From: Planctomycetaceae bacterium
GTDB taxonomy: Bacteria; Planctomycetota; Planctomycetia; Pirellulales; Thermoguttaceae
Assembly (NCBI GenBank): GCA_004556055.1
Contig: SFIW01000001.1
Span: 58,996-122,995 of the forward strand
Length of the DNA stretch: 64,000 nucleotides
Reading direction: 5' to 3'
The notes below the pieces were generated by a model that was not told the origin of the DNA, ran no database searches, and saw nothing but the letters and a program-made list of their open reading frames with translations. Every line of letters starts with the position of its first letter. The first letter of the stretch is position 1. Shown piece by piece: positions 39,017 through 48,148 of the stretch. A program made the translations under genes and the position numbers.

Positions 39017-39646
39017 ATGGCAAATTTAAATATACTTGACAAGACAGGCGCGAAGGTTGGCGATTTCGAGATCGACCTCGATGCTCTCGCCCCTAAAATT
39101 AGTAAGCAACTGCTTCATGACGCTGTCGTAATGTATCAAGCGAACTTGCGTCAGGGTTCTTCGAAGAGCAAGACTCGCTCTGAAGTTTCCGGTTCAAGGA
39201 AAAAAATGTACAAGCAAAAGGGCACGGGTAACGCGCGTGCTGGTCATAAGCGTAGCGGCATCCGTCGTGGCGGCGGGCATATCTTCGCCAAGACTCCTAA
39301 GGATTGGTCTTACAGACTTCCGCGAAAGGCCCTTAAACTTGCTACTACGATGGCTATGGCCGAAAAGATTCGCGGCGAATATGTAAAACTTATTGATACG
39401 ATCGCCCTAGAAGCTCCGAAGACCAAAGAGGTCGCCACGATTCTCGCGAAGCTCGATCTTAACAAGACTGTCCTCGTGGTTGTTGATAAGTGCGATAATA
39501 ACGTAACGCTGAGCGTTCGTAATATCCCAACGGCAAAAGTGCTTCCTGTTACCGATTTGAACGCTTGGGAAATTCTTCGCCCGTATCAGGTTCTCATGAC
39601 GAAGTCGGCGATCGAAACCTTTGTTAAGACTCGTATAGCCGAGTGA
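39017..39646 (+). CDS. rplD: 50S ribosomal protein L4
   Basis: KQKGTGNARAGHKRSGIRRGGG motif; operon position. Confidence 0.95.
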   Translation: MANLNILDKTGAKVGDFEIDLDALAPKISKQLLHDAVVMYQANLRQGSSKSKTRSEVSGSRKKMYKQKGTGNARAGHKRSGIRRGGGHIFAKTPKDWSYRLPRKALKLATTMAMAEKIRGEYVKLIDTIALEAPKTKEVATILAKLDLNKTVLVVVDKCDNNVTLSVRNIPTAKVLPVTDLNAWEILRPYQVLMTKSAIETFVKTRIAE

Positions 39647-39701
39647 TTCGTTCAAATCCATCTGAGTCAACAATAGCAAAGGTATAAGAGGAAGTTGAAC
39701 A

Positions 39702-40019
39702 ATGGCTCAATGCAAAGACATTACTGATACGAAACTCGTCCTTGAACCGTATCAGATCATCATTCGCCCGATCGTAACCGAAAAAGGTTTCCATAATTCG
39801 TCGGCGCGTAACACATACACATTCGAAGTTCATAAGCTTGCTTCGAAAACTGATATCAAAGAAGCGATCGAAACCTTGTATGACGTGAAGGTCGTTTCCG
39901 TTCATACTCAAAATCGTCAAGGCAAAAAAAGACGAACACGAAAGGGTATCGGCGTCACGCGTTCATGGAAAAAGGCCATGATCAAACTTGATGCGGATCA
40001 TCGTCTTGATATCTATTGA
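39702..40019 (+). CDS. rplW: 50S ribosomal protein L23
   Basis: IIIRPIVTEK...YTFEV...; operon position. Confidence 0.93.
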   Translation: MAQCKDITDTKLVLEPYQIIIRPIVTEKGFHNSSARNTYTFEVHKLASKTDIKEAIETLYDVKVVSVHTQNRQGKKRRTRKGIGVTRSWKKAMIKLDADHRLDIY

Positions 40020-40072
40020 GATTAGCCGACACTTTACGGTAAAAGATAACGAAATACGATTGGAGAAATACA

Positions 40073-40930
40073 ATGGGTATTCGACGATATAGACCGAATA
40101 ATGCGGGTCGGCGAAATATGAGCGTGAGCGACTTTGCCGAACTGACGAAGGGCGCGAAGCCGGAAAAAAGTTTGCTCCGTCCAAAGAAACGTTGTAGCGG
40201 TCGAAACAATAAGGGTATTATTACTGTTAGACATCGTGGCGGCGGTCACAAGAGACATCTGCGCTTGATCGACTACCGACGTAATCTTGACGGAATGGTT
40301 GCGGTCGTAGATTCGATTCAGTACGATCCTAACCGTAGCGCTCGCATTGCTCTTCTCGTGTATGAGAATGGCGAAAAGCGATACATTATCGCCCCTGAAG
40401 GAATTCAGGTTGGTCAGAAGCTCATGAGCGGTGAGAACGCTGAACCTCTGGTCGGCAACTGCTTGCCTCTTTCCAAGATTCCGCTCGGTTCGACGATTCA
40501 TAATATCGAGCTTCGTCCTGGTCGTGGCGGATGCATGTGCCGAAGCGCTGGTTCAAGCGCGAAGTTGGTTGCGCGTGAGGCGGAGTGGGCTCTATTGAAC
40601 CTTCCTAGCGGCGAACTTCGTCGCGTTCCCGCTTCCTGTCGCGCCGTCATCGGCGTCGTGGGCAACGCCGACCATATGAACATCGTGATCGGTAAAGCTG
40701 GTCGTATGCGATGGTTGGGACGTCGACCTTACGTTCGTGGTACCGCCATGAACCCGATCGACCACCCGCACGGCGGTGGTGAAGGTCGAACCAAGGGTGG
40801 TCGCCATCCTGTTTCGCCTACTGGTAAGCCGACCAAGGGTACTTCGACTCGTAAGCATAAGAAGGCTTCGAACAAGGCTATTGTTCGTCGTCGTCGTAGC
40901 CGTCGTTATGGCGTGCTTAAACTTTCGTAG
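40073..40930 (+). CDS. rplB: 50S ribosomal protein L2
   Basis: [15 protein letters not shown] and HPHGGGEG motifs. Confidence 0.96.
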   Translation: MGIRRYRPNNAGRRNMSVSDFAELTKGAKPEKSLLRPKKRCSGRNNKGIITVRHRGGGHKRHLRLIDYRRNLDGMVAVVDSIQYDPNRSARIALLVYENGEKRYIIAPEGIQVGQKLMSGENAEPLVGNCLPLSKIPLGSTIHNIELRPGRGGCMCRSAGSSAKLVAREAEWALLNLPSGELRRVPASCRAVIGVVGNADHMNIVIGKAGRMRWLGRRPYVRGTAMNPIDHPHGGGEGRTKGGRHPVSPTGKPTKGTSTRKHKKASNKAIVRRRRSRRYGVLKLS

Positions 40931-40996
40931 TCCAATGGGCTCTTCAAGCGTAAGCTTGAAGTAAATATATGAATCCTATTTTCAACTGGGAATACA

Positions 40997-41263
40997 ATGA
41001 GTAGATCAATTAAAAAAGGCCCAGCCTATGATGCTAAGCTTCTGGCAAAGGTCGAAAAAATGAACCAGACAGGGAAGAAAGAGCCCATTAAGACTTGGTC
41101 TCGCGCGTGCACTATCCTTCCTCAATTTGTTGACTACACTTTCCTTGTCCATAACGGTAAAGTCTTCTTGCCAGTCCTTGTGACCGAGGATATGGTAGGC
41201 CATAAGCTCGGGGAATTCTCCTTGACTCGACGCTTCAACGGGCACGGTGGTAAAGGCAAGTAA
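40997..41263 (+). CDS. rpsS: 30S ribosomal protein S19
   Basis: MSRSIKKGP...[19 protein letters not shown]. Confidence 0.95.
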   Translation: MSRSIKKGPAYDAKLLAKVEKMNQTGKKEPIKTWSRACTILPQFVDYTFLVHNGKVFLPVLVTEDMVGHKLGEFSLTRRFNGHGGKGK

Positions 41264-41280
41264 TTTCGATAGGCGTTACA

Positions 41281-41652
41281 ATGGAAAAGAATATTAACGA
41301 CACAAACTCCGAAAAGGTCGCCCAGTATCGCGCGATCCATAAGTTTGCGGACGTCAGCGCTCAGAAGGTGCGAGTTTTTGCGGACTTAATTCGTGGAAAA
41401 TATGCCGACGAGGCGGTGACGCTTCTCGAATGCTATCCGAATCGCGGAGCTCGATATCTCGAGAAAGTTCTCAAAAGCGCCATGAGCAACGCGGAAGATC
41501 GTTTGAATCAGGACGCTCGCGATCTTAACCTTAAGATCGTCGACGTCAGAATTGACGGCGGTCCAATGCAGCGACGTTGGCGAGCCGGTTCTCGTGGGGT
41601 TTCAGTGATCATTCGTCGTCGCTCGAGCCACATCAGCGTCGTGCTTGAATAA
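41281..41652 (+). CDS. rplV: 50S ribosomal protein L22
   Basis: SAQKVRVFADLIRGK...; operon position. Confidence 0.93.
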   Translation: MEKNINDTNSEKVAQYRAIHKFADVSAQKVRVFADLIRGKYADEAVTLLECYPNRGARYLEKVLKSAMSNAEDRLNQDARDLNLKIVDVRIDGGPMQRRWRAGSRGVSVIIRRRSSHISVVLE

Positions 41653-41706
41653 TAATCATCACCAGTCGACTAGATTATTAGCGACTATAACATAGGACTA
41701 CGCTAT

Positions 41707-42435
41707 ATGGGACAGAAAGTTAATCCCGTCGCGCTTCGAGTAGGCGTAATGGAAGGCTGGAAGAGCCGCTGGTACTCCCCTAAAAAGGAGTTCGCCGACC
41801 TGTTAGTCGAAGACGCCAAGATTCGCGAATTCATTAAGAAGCACAAGGAAGACAAAGACAAGAATAAAGGCGTCTTGAGTTTTCCCGGCGTTGCGAAGAT
41901 TGAAATTGAACGCACGCGCGATGAAGTTCGCGTCATCATCACCACAGCTCGACCTGGTCTTTTGATCGGTCGTAAAGGTGAAAAGATCGAAGAACTCCAG
42001 GCCGAGCTTCAGAATCTTACCGGTCGTCGCATCAATCTCAAGATTGAAGAAGAAAAGAATCCCGAGTTGGTTGCTCAGCTTGTCGCAGAAGACATCGGCG
42101 ATCAGCTCGTGAAGCGCGCAAGCTTTAGACGCGTCATCAAACACGCGATGTCTAAGGCGATGGAAAAGGGCGCTAAGGGTATTAAAATTCAACTTTCCGG
42201 ACGTCTTGGCGGCGCTGAAATGGCGCGTTGCGAAAAGCAAGCCGAGGGGTCGATTCCGCTTTCAACTCTCCGCGCTAAAATTGATTACGGTTTCCATGAA
42301 GCCAAAATTGCGCAAGGGCATATCGGAATTCAAGTTTGGATAAATCAGGGCGAATATAACGAGGAAGATAACAATGGCCAGAATGCCGAAAAGGGTCAAG
42401 CACCGAAAAATTCAAAGAGGGCGTATAAGAGGTAA
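41707..42435 (+). CDS. rpsC: 30S ribosomal protein S3 with a low-complexity C-terminal tail
   Basis: MGQKVNPVALRVG..., KH domain, GRLGGAEMAR. Confidence 0.95.
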   Translation: MGQKVNPVALRVGVMEGWKSRWYSPKKEFADLLVEDAKIREFIKKHKEDKDKNKGVLSFPGVAKIEIERTRDEVRVIITTARPGLLIGRKGEKIEELQAELQNLTGRRINLKIEEEKNPELVAQLVAEDIGDQLVKRASFRRVIKHAMSKAMEKGAKGIKIQLSGRLGGAEMARCEKQAEGSIPLSTLRAKIDYGFHEAKIAQGHIGIQVWINQGEYNEEDNNGQNAEKGQAPKNSKRAYKR

Positions 42436-42790
42436 TGCCACTCGAGGACAGGCCGTAAGCTTTGGTGATTTCGGTCTGCAAACTCTCGAAGGGGGATGGA
42501 TTAGCGCCGCTACTATTGAAGCTGGTCGTATCGCCGCGCAACAATATCTGCGCACGGAAGGTAAGCTTTACATCCGTATCTTCCCCGATAAATCAATCAC
42601 CTCTATTCCTCTTGAAACTCGTATGGGTAAAGGTAAAGGTGAACCGGAATACTGGGCAGCAGTCGTCCATCCGGGAACGGTTATGTACGAAGTCGGCGGC
42701 GTTCCTGAAGAAACCGCTAAGCTCTGCTTTAACCGTTTGGCACACAAGATGCCTGTTAAATGCCGTTTGATTCGTCGCAAGGCGATCTGA
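42374..42790 (+). CDS. rplP: 50S ribosomal protein L16
   Basis: MARMPKRVKHRK...GDFGLQ. The ATG at 42374 lies 6 nt after GAGGAAG. Overlaps the rpsC 3' end out of frame. Confidence 0.93.
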   Translation: MARMPKRVKHRKIQRGRIRGNATRGQAVSFGDFGLQTLEGGWISAATIEAGRIAAQQYLRTEGKLYIRIFPDKSITSIPLETRMGKGKGEPEYWAAVVHPGTVMYEVGGVPEETAKLCFNRLAHKMPVKCRLIRRKAI

Positions 42791-42803
42791 TAGCTAATAT
42801 CGC

Positions 42804-42829
42804 GAGTCGTCGTTGAAAGACGACGACTC
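42804..42829 (+). other. perfect 10-bp stem / 6-nt loop hairpin between rplP and rpmC
   Basis: GAGTCGTCGT (42804-42813), TGAAAG, ACGACGACTC (42820-42829). No T-tract follows. Confidence 0.7.
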
Positions 42830-42881
42830 ACTCCCGCCTATAATCAAACGACGGCTCTTGTCGTCCTTAAGGATTGAAAAT

Positions 42882-43064
42882 ATGAAGGCTAAAGAAATTC
42901 GAGAAATGAGCGCTGAGCAGCAGAACAGCTTGCTCAAAGAAACAATCGAAAAGCTATACAAGCTTCGTATCCAGGCCAATATGGAACGTTTGGATTCTCC
43001 GAGTGAAGTTGGAAAAGCGAAGAAGTTGATCGCTCAGATTAAAACCATTCAAAGAGAAAACTAA
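42882..43064 (+). CDS. rpmC: 50S ribosomal protein L29
   Basis: MKAKEIREMSAEQQNSLLKE...LRIQ; ATG at 42882. Confidence 0.92.
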   Translation: MKAKEIREMSAEQQNSLLKETIEKLYKLRIQANMERLDSPSEVGKAKKLIAQIKTIQREN

Positions 43065-43120
43065 GGAATGCTACAAAGTTCACTTTGTGAGACTTTAGAC
43101 GCATTGACTGCGAGGTACAT

Positions 43121-43378
43121 ATGCCTAAGATGAAGTTAGTTGGCGTTGTCAAAACCGACAAAATGAGTAAGACTCGTCGGGTCGAAATTCCCCGTATTAA
43201 GAAGTATCCCAAATACGGTAAATATGTTCGTACTCGCACCGTCTGCTATGTTCACGATGAAAATAACGAATCCTCCTGCGGCGATGTTGTCGAGATCGAA
43301 GAAAGCCGTCCGACGTCTAAGCTCAAGAGATGGAATTTGGTAAGTATCGTGAGAAAAGCTGAGAAGATCGGCGAATGA
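43121..43378 (+). CDS. rpsQ: 30S ribosomal protein S17
   Basis: GVV.TDKM.KT..V...R...HP.YGK; operon position. Confidence 0.94.
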   Translation: MPKMKLVGVVKTDKMSKTRRVEIPRIKKYPKYGKYVRTRTVCYVHDENNESSCGDVVEIEESRPTSKLKRWNLVSIVRKAEKIGE

Positions 43379-43452
43379 CGCGGATCGCTCGGTTGCGAAA
43401 ATCGTAGAGCGGTTTAAGCAGAGAATAAAAGTTAAGAAAGCGAGTAAGAATC

Positions 43453-43821
43453 ATGATTCAAATGCAGACTCGTTTGGAATCCGCCGACAACACTGGCGCT
43501 CGTGAATTGCAGTGCATCAAAGTGTTAGGTGGAACTCACCGTCGGACAGCTCGACTCGGAGACATTATTGTTTGCTCTGTAAAGTCGGTCATCCCCGGTA
43601 GCCAAATTAAAAAAGGACAAGTAGTTAAAGCGGTGATTGTTCGTACAAAGCAACCTACGCGTCGTCCCGACGGAAGTTATATCCGTTTTGATCGTAACGC
43701 CGCCGTCCTTGTCGATAACGATAAGAATCCTCGCGGCACCCGTATTTTTGGGGCCGTTGGTCGCGAGCTTCGCGATCTTGGATTCATGAAGATTATTAGC
43801 CTTGCTAAAGAGGTGGTCTGA
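43453..43821 (+). CDS. rplN: 50S ribosomal protein L14
   Basis: [26 protein letters not shown]. Confidence 0.96.
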   Translation: MIQMQTRLESADNTGARELQCIKVLGGTHRRTARLGDIIVCSVKSVIPGSQIKKGQVVKAVIVRTKQPTRRPDGSYIRFDRNAAVLVDNDKNPRGTRIFGAVGRELRDLGFMKIISLAKEVV

Positions 43822-43822
43822 G

Positions 43823-44161
43823 ATGCGTATTAAAACTAACGACGAAGTCGTCGTGCTCTCCGGTAAAGATCGCGGAAAGAAGGGTAAAGTTACGGCTGTC
43901 GATCTTGAAGCCTCTAAAGTTACCGTCGAAGGCGTCAATGAGGTTAAGCGCCACGTTCGTCGCTCCCAACGTAACATGCAGGGCGGACGCCTTTCAAAAA
44001 TGATGCCCGTTCCGGTCGCCAAGGTAATGCTTGTATGTCCAACTTGCTCGAAGCCTACCCGTGTTGGTTACAAGTTTGATGAAGCAGGGAAAAAGAATCG
44101 CGTCTGCAAGAAGTGCGGCGCAGTTCTCCCTGAAGCGCCGTATAGCAAGAAACGTAACTAA
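43823..44161 (+). CDS. rplX: 50S ribosomal protein L24 (CxxC...CxxC form)
   Basis: MRIKTNDEVVVLSGKDRGKKG (KOW). C-terminal CPTC-x19-CKKC. Confidence 0.94.
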   Translation: MRIKTNDEVVVLSGKDRGKKGKVTAVDLEASKVTVEGVNEVKRHVRRSQRNMQGGRLSKMMPVPVAKVMLVCPTCSKPTRVGYKFDEAGKKNRVCKKCGAVLPEAPYSKKRN

Positions 44162-44172
44162 AGGTATCCTAA

Positions 44173-44727
44173 ATGACGCCAAGACTACAAGAAAAATATA
44201 ACAATGAGATCGTAGCCGATCTCGAAAAGAGACTCGGAAAGACGAATGTTCATTCTATTCCGAAGCTCCAGAAGATCGTCGTTAATATGGGCGTTGGAGA
44301 AGCCATCAAGGATAAAAAGAACCTTGAAGAGGCGCTCGACATTCTTACAAACATTACCGGTCAGAAACCTGTCGTTACCAAAGCTAGAAGGTCTATTGCG
44401 AATTTCCGCCTTCGAGAAGGTATGAATATCGGTTGCAAAGTCACTTTGCGTGGAGCTCGCATGTACGAGTTCATGGATCGCCTGATCTCCATTGTTTTGC
44501 CCCGTGTTCGCGACTTCCGTGGATTGAACCCCAACAGTTTTGATCGTCGTGGAAATTATAACCTCGGTCTGCAGGAACAACTCGTTTTCCCCGAATTGAA
44601 TCCTGACAAATACACGAAGTCCCAAGGTATGAATATCACGTTCGTCACTAATGTTGACAGCGACGATGACGCGCGCGAACTTCTTCGCGCCTTCGGCATG
44701 CCTTTCAACACCGGAAAAGTGAGCTGA
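44173..44727 (+). CDS. rplE: 50S ribosomal protein L5
   Basis: PRLQEKYNNEIV...; operon position. Confidence 0.95.
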   Translation: MTPRLQEKYNNEIVADLEKRLGKTNVHSIPKLQKIVVNMGVGEAIKDKKNLEEALDILTNITGQKPVVTKARRSIANFRLREGMNIGCKVTLRGARMYEFMDRLISIVLPRVRDFRGLNPNSFDRRGNYNLGLQEQLVFPELNPDKYTKSQGMNITFVTNVDSDDDARELLRAFGMPFNTGKVS

Positions 44728-44743
44728 TTAAGGGTGATCTAAT

Positions 44744-44929
44744 ATGGCTAGTAAATCAAAAATTGCAAAAGGAAATAGAGAGCCGAAGTTCAGCACTCGT
44801 CGCGAAAATCGTTGCAAGCTATGCGGTCGTCCGCGCGCTGTCTATCGCAAGTTTGGTTTGTGCAGAATTTGCTTCCGCAAACTTGCGAGCCAAGGACTCA
44901 TTCCAGGCGTTCAAAAGGCGAGTTGGTAA
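44744..44929 (+). CDS. rpsN: 30S ribosomal protein S14 type Z (zinc-binding, 61 aa)
   Basis: [20 protein letters not shown]. Confidence 0.95.
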   Translation: MASKSKIAKGNREPKFSTRRENRCKLCGRPRAVYRKFGLCRICFRKLASQGLIPGVQKASW

Positions 44930-44946
44930 TAAAGGAGAACAGAGCT

Positions 44947-45342
44947 ATGATGACCGATCCCATTGCCGATATGTTAACTCGTATCCGCAACGCTATAAAA
45001 GTCGAAAAAGTTATTTTGGACGTTCCTTACTCCAAAATTAAAGAAGGCGTCGTCGACGTCCTCAAAAGAGAAGGTTACATCTGGAGCTACCAGGTGGTCG
45101 AAGGTTCTCCCGCGAACACGATTCGTATTCAACTCAAGTATAGCAACAGCGGCGAACGCGTAATTCGTTCCATCCGCAAGATCAGTAAACCTGGTCGTCG
45201 TTGCTACGCCAGCCCTAAAGATCTCAAGCCCGTTCTTAACGGATTGGGAATTTATGTCCTGAGCACCAATAAGGGAGTGATAAGCGATCGCGAAGCGCGA
45301 GAGCAAAATGTTGGCGGTGAAATCATCTGCGAAATCTGGTGA
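44947..45342 (+). CDS. rpsH: 30S ribosomal protein S8
   Basis: MMTDPIADMLTRIRNA. The ATG at 44947 follows AAAGGAG. Confidence 0.95.
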   Translation: MMTDPIADMLTRIRNAIKVEKVILDVPYSKIKEGVVDVLKREGYIWSYQVVEGSPANTIRIQLKYSNSGERVIRSIRKISKPGRRCYASPKDLKPVLNGLGIYVLSTNKGVISDREAREQNVGGEIICEIW

Positions 45343-45354
45343 TATCTAAAAATG

Positions 45355-45385
45355 GCGCGCTTATAATAAAAAGCGCGCTTTTCTT
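45355..45385 (+). terminator. intrinsic terminator directly after rpsH, inside the spc cluster
   Basis: GCGCGCTT (45355-45362) / AAGCGCGC (45371-45378) followed by TTTTCTT. Confidence 0.6.
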
Positions 45386-45386
45386 A

Positions 45387-45413
45387 TTGACAAATATTTG
45401 TTGCGCGTAAAAT
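45387..45413 (+). promoter_or_regulatory. candidate internal promoter for rplF-rplR-rpsE-rplO
   Basis: TTGACA (45387-45392), 15-nt spacer (short), TAAAAT (45408-45413). Confidence 0.35.
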
Positions 45414-45681
45414 GAAACTTATGCGTATTATGAAATTGAACGTCGATGACGAGCGTTTTATTTCATAACAGATATAACGTCGCGCGTTTCGAAAGACGCG
45501 CCCGGTTCCCGGATAATTCATAGTCCAGTATTTTTTACAGGCATTTCAGGGGCGAGGGGCGGTATGCGCGTCGATGCGCCGACCGACGAATTAAGATTCG
45601 TCAAGTCCTGTACGGTAGGCGCTAAACGTCTGGAATAAAGATTGCTTTAAAGCTACACATTTCAGCCTTAGGAATTTAATT

Positions 45682-46233
45682 ATGTCACGAATTGGTAAAA
45701 AACCGGTCGTTCTTCCCGACGGAGTCACCGTCGATATTAAGAACGATCGCGAGCTCACGGTCAAAGGGGCTAAGGGCGAACTTTCTCAGACCTTCCGTCC
45801 CGAAGTGGCTTTGAAATTGTCCGAAGATTCAAAGTCCATTATCGTAGAGCAGTTGTACGATACGCGCGTTGCCAACGCCATGCATGGTCTGACGAGAGCT
45901 CTTGTTCAGAACATGGTTATCGGCGTTTCTGCCGGATATGAGAAAAAGCTCGAGATTGTCGGCACGGGTTATCTGGCTGCCGTAAGCGGCCAAAACCTCG
46001 AGGTTCGAGCCGGTTTCGCTAATGAAATTCGACTCAACATCCCCGCTGGCGTCAAGGTCGTTTGTCCCGACCAGTTGCACGTTGTCGTCTCTGGCTGCGA
46101 TAAGCAGATGGTCGGTCAATTTGCCGCCGACGTGAGAGCTGTTCGTCCTGCTGAACCCTATAAAGGTAAGGGTATCAAGTATGAAGGCGAAGCCATCCGT
46201 CGTAAGGAAAATAAGACGGCCGGTAAGAAATAG
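45682..46233 (+). CDS. rplF: 50S ribosomal protein L6
   Basis: MSRIGKKPV.LP.GV...; operon position. Confidence 0.95.
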   Translation: MSRIGKKPVVLPDGVTVDIKNDRELTVKGAKGELSQTFRPEVALKLSEDSKSIIVEQLYDTRVANAMHGLTRALVQNMVIGVSAGYEKKLEIVGTGYLAAVSGQNLEVRAGFANEIRLNIPAGVKVVCPDQLHVVVSGCDKQMVGQFAADVRAVRPAEPYKGKGIKYEGEAIRRKENKTAGKK

Positions 46234-46334
46234 TATTCAACAACTATTTCAGATAGTCGATCTGGTTTCACTTACGCTAAGCGTATAGCAAGTCGACGCA
46301 ACTGAAAGATTAACATTTAACATCCGGTAAGAAT

Positions 46335-46724
46335 ATGAAAAAACAACTTCGTCTCAATAAACAACGCCAGACTCGCAAATTCCGAGTCTCTAATGCGGTT
46401 AAAAGAGTTAGCACTCGCCCGAGATTGTGCGTTTTTCGTAGTTCTCGACACATCAGCGCTCAAGTCGTTGACGATTCGTGCGGCAAGACTATTGCAAGCG
46501 CCAGCACCTACGAAAAAGATTTCCGCTCCTCTAACGCCAACGGTGGAAACGTTGCCGCTGCGTCTGTCATTGGCAAGCTGATTGCTGAAAGAGCGTTGGC
46601 CGCAGGCGTTACTGCCGTTGCTTTCGACCGTAAAGGTTACAAGTACCATGGTCGCGTAGCCGCCCTTGCCGACGCCGCTCGTGAAGCTGGTCTTAATATT
46701 GGCGGTAACTCTGAACAAGAATGA
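46335..46724 (+). CDS. rplR: 50S ribosomal protein L18
   Basis: [17 protein letters not shown]... [21 protein letters not shown]. Confidence 0.95.
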   Translation: MKKQLRLNKQRQTRKFRVSNAVKRVSTRPRLCVFRSSRHISAQVVDDSCGKTIASASTYEKDFRSSNANGGNVAAASVIGKLIAERALAAGVTAVAFDRKGYKYHGRVAALADAAREAGLNIGGNSEQE

Positions 46725-46804
46725 GCGATAGGCAGACGAAAATTTGTCCCTTGACAAAAGATCGTTGAATCGATAGAAACAATCCCGAATAGGATATAAA
46801 TAAA

Positions 46805-47290
46805 ATGTCCGATAATACACGTGAAAACGGCGAAATCATCGATAAGGTCGTAAAGATTCGTCGATGCTCAGCGACTGTTAAAGGCGGTCGTCGATTTACT
46901 TTCACCGCATTAGTCGTCGTTGGCGACGAAAAAGGCAAAGTCGCTTGGGGGTATGGAACAGCGAATGAAGTGCCTCCCGCAGTCAATAAAGCGGTTCAGG
47001 ACGGCGTTCGAAAGTTGGCCTCCGTCTGCCTCGATAACAATACCATTCCTCATGCGGTCGAAGGCTCTTTCGGTTCTTCTTCTGTGAAGTTGATCCCTGC
47101 GCGACCTGGTACAGGCGTAATCGCCGGCGCCGCTGTTCGCGCCGTATGCGAAGCCGCCGGAATCAAAGACATTCTGACGAAATCTTATGGAAGCGCGAAT
47201 TCTACGAACCTTGTTAAAGCGACTATCGTCGCTCTTAATAATCTTCGTTCTAAGGAACAAATTGAGAATTTGCGGGGAGTGAAACTCTAA
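46805..47290 (+). CDS. rpsE: 30S ribosomal protein S5
   Basis: VVKI.R.S.TVKGGRRF.F.ALVVVGD..G.VG.G.G. Confidence 0.95.
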   Translation: MSDNTRENGEIIDKVVKIRRCSATVKGGRRFTFTALVVVGDEKGKVAWGYGTANEVPPAVNKAVQDGVRKLASVCLDNNTIPHAVEGSFGSSSVKLIPARPGTGVIAGAAVRAVCEAAGIKDILTKSYGSANSTNLVKATIVALNNLRSKEQIENLRGVKL

Positions 47291-47781
47291 TGAATATCAA
47301 TACAGTTAACACGGGCGTTAATAAAAACGTTCGTAAAGACCGAGTTGGTCGCGGTCCTGGATCCGGAAATGGTAAGACTGCTGGTCGTGGTTCCAACGGT
47401 CAACGTTCCCGCGCTGGTTCTTCTGTTTCGCCTTTGTTTGAAGGCGGTCAGAATCCCCTTTCTCGCCGTATCCCGAAGCGCGGATTCAATAACAAAGTCT
47501 TCGCCGACGTTGTTGAAAGCGTATCCCTCAAGTCGATTTTACGCAAAATCGATCCCTCTGTCGAAGTTACCCCAGAAGTTCTCGAGACTAGAGGATTGAT
47601 CAAGAGCGCTAAGTCCTTTGTGAAGTTAATCGGTTCCGACGAACTCAATGCGGCTTATAAGTTCAAGGTTCATCGAGTTTCCGAAGGCGCGAAAGCCGCA
47701 GTCGAAAAAGCAGGCGGCGCGATCGAAATTCTTCCTGGAAAGAAACCCGTCGTTAAGAATAAGATGAAGTCAAAGAAGTGA
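47290..47781 (+). CDS. rplO: 50S ribosomal protein L15
   Basis: RVGRGPGSGNGKTAGRG.NGQ. The ATG overlaps the rpsE stop (TAATG), so there is no rpmD between them. Confidence 0.94.
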   Translation: MNINTVNTGVNKNVRKDRVGRGPGSGNGKTAGRGSNGQRSRAGSSVSPLFEGGQNPLSRRIPKRGFNNKVFADVVESVSLKSILRKIDPSVEVTPEVLETRGLIKSAKSFVKLIGSDELNAAYKFKVHRVSEGAKAAVEKAGGAIEILPGKKPVVKNKMKSKK

Positions 47782-47796
47782 TTTCAAACTAAGAAG

Positions 47797-47828
47797 AACG
47801 TCCAACGATGTTGGACGTTTTTTTTTAT
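47797..47828 (+). terminator. strong intrinsic terminator after rplO
   Basis: AACGTCCAAC (47797-47806) / GTTGGACGTT (47810-47819) followed by a T-run of at least 8. Confidence 0.8.
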
Positions 47829-47855
47829 TAATTCGTTAATTTAGGTCGTTAAGCC

Positions 47856-47883
47856 TTGTTGATTTCTAAATAAATATTAAAAT
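47856..47883 (+). promoter_or_regulatory. candidate secY promoter
   Basis: TTGTTG (47856-47861), 16-nt spacer, TAAAAT (47878-47883). Confidence 0.35.
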
Positions 47884-48148
47884 CATTATCTAGTATTTGT
47901 GGATTGACGCCGGTAGCGTAGCTATCATGGTTGTCCTTAGAGGTCGACAAGCCGCCTCCTTTCCTGCATTCAAACGTCGCTTGGTGTAGCGAGCCGTTAA
48001 GGATTTTCAGCGTCTTGCGATATGTTTTCTCCGAAACGGAGTTTCGGATTAGTCGCGTTGATACGAATGGTCTGCGATCGTGCTTACGTTCGTTTGACGT
48101 ACGTCGCGTAGCGCATCGTAAAAGCGCAACATTTTAATCGAGGTTTCG

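Noticed and set aside
47909-47985. GCCGGTAGCGTAGC... resembles a tRNA 5' end and D-arm
   Set aside because: There is no T-loop (GTTCRANYC) and no matching acceptor 3' strand. No tRNA-like cloverleaf was found anywhere in the window.
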